Of a stretch of DNA of 64,000 nucleotides, positions 63,165-64,000 are shown piece after piece. The notes under the pieces were generated by a model, which ran no database searches, was not told the DNA's origin, and saw only the letters and a program-made list of their open reading frames with translations. The position numbers and the translations under genes are program-made. Every line of letters begins with the position of its first letter. Within the stretch, counting starts at the first letter, position 1. Origin of the DNA: Eledone cirrhosa (Eukaryota); NCBI GenBank assembly GCA_964016885.1, contig OZ024743.1, forward strand, positions 84,196,001 to 84,260,000, read 5' to 3'.

Positions 63165-64000
63165 TTAACCCTTTAGCATTCAAACCGACAAGATTATGTC
63201 CCCTTTCATTTATTCAAACCGACAAAAACCGACATTTAATACCACACGGAGATCTCCTTCTAAAAATAAACATTGACATCATCGAAATTACTGCGAGATA
63301 AAGCCCTTACGCGCGAAAATTAACTCTTAGTATAGTTAAAGAACTTGCGATAACACGTGTTTTTAATGTTGAAAGTGTAACGGCTTCCGAAAGTAGCGAC
63401 AACGAATTTGAAGGTTTTACGTCCGATGACATTCGAGATCAAAAAGAAACAGAAGATAATATCAGTGATTTATCTTCCAACGAATCAGATATATTTATTT
63501 CTGATATATCTGATGATGATGATAGTCACTTTGAAAGTGAAAGAGATTTGACTGACACCATTGAAAAAACACCAACGTGGTTGAAAGAAACAACACCGAT
63601 ACATGTTTCGATTTTACTGAAAATATTGGACCACAAAACACAGTACCACCCGGTGCTAAAGCACTGGATTATTTTTTTTTTATTTTTACCACAAACTTTC
63701 TTCGAAGTTGTGGCAGAAGAGACAAATCGCTATGCACAACAACAGATTTCTAATATCGGAAAACCCGATCTGTTATGGCGTCCGACAGATTCTGCCGAAA
63801 TGAAAGCGTTTTTTACCATAAACATTGTTTGGTATTAAACAATTTCCACGACTGTGGAATTATTGGAGTACTGATATAAGGTTTGGTGACCCTTATATAT
63901 CTAGTATTATGGCAAAAACGAGATTCATCAAATTAAACCAGTATTTCCATCTGGTTGATACTTCAAATGCCCCTGGTAGAAATGAATCAAATTACGACCC
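63165..64000 (+). mobile_element. piggyBac-family DNA transposon, left end and frameshifted transposase (PGBD-like), truncated by window end
   Basis: TTAA|CCCT terminus at 63165; subterminal AAACCGACA repeats; acidic N-terminus SDNEFEGFTSDD; F.LFL......VAEETNRYAQQ, W.PT..AEMKAFF, GIKQFP..WNYWSTD, IMAKTRF..L.QYFHL motifs; at least three frameshifts. Confidence 0.9.

Overview
Repeat-rich eukaryotic (animal) genomic DNA. The SINE/LINE families and the extreme (TA)n/(CA)n/trinucleotide density suggest a coleoid cephalopod such as an octopus (inference). The right half carries the 5' part of a plus-strand nucleoporin Nup153 gene: ATG at 37702, 15 phase-consistent GT-AG exons to 62400, 730 codons, continuing past the window. 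A frameshifted piggyBac lies in the following intron. The left half is mostly microsatellites, SINEs, RTE/CR1 fragments and a ~10 kb minisatellite, plus a few candidate minus-strand exons of an unidentified transcript. Almost all long ORFs in the supplied track are repeat artefacts. Most notable observations: (1) a ~3.2 kb 50/52-bp satellite inside Nup153 built from the exon 11 splice junction, giving ~60 tandem donor/microexon-like cassettes behind an exon that itself starts with AG|GTAAG; (2) fold-back elements in (TA)n tracts, several carrying Penelope-type hammerhead ribozyme cores; (3) complementary (ACC)n and (GGT)n blocks bracketing a symmetric candidate exon; (4) a twin-priming-type inversion in an RTE-like LINE; (5) a SINE-plus-minisatellite higher-order repeat.
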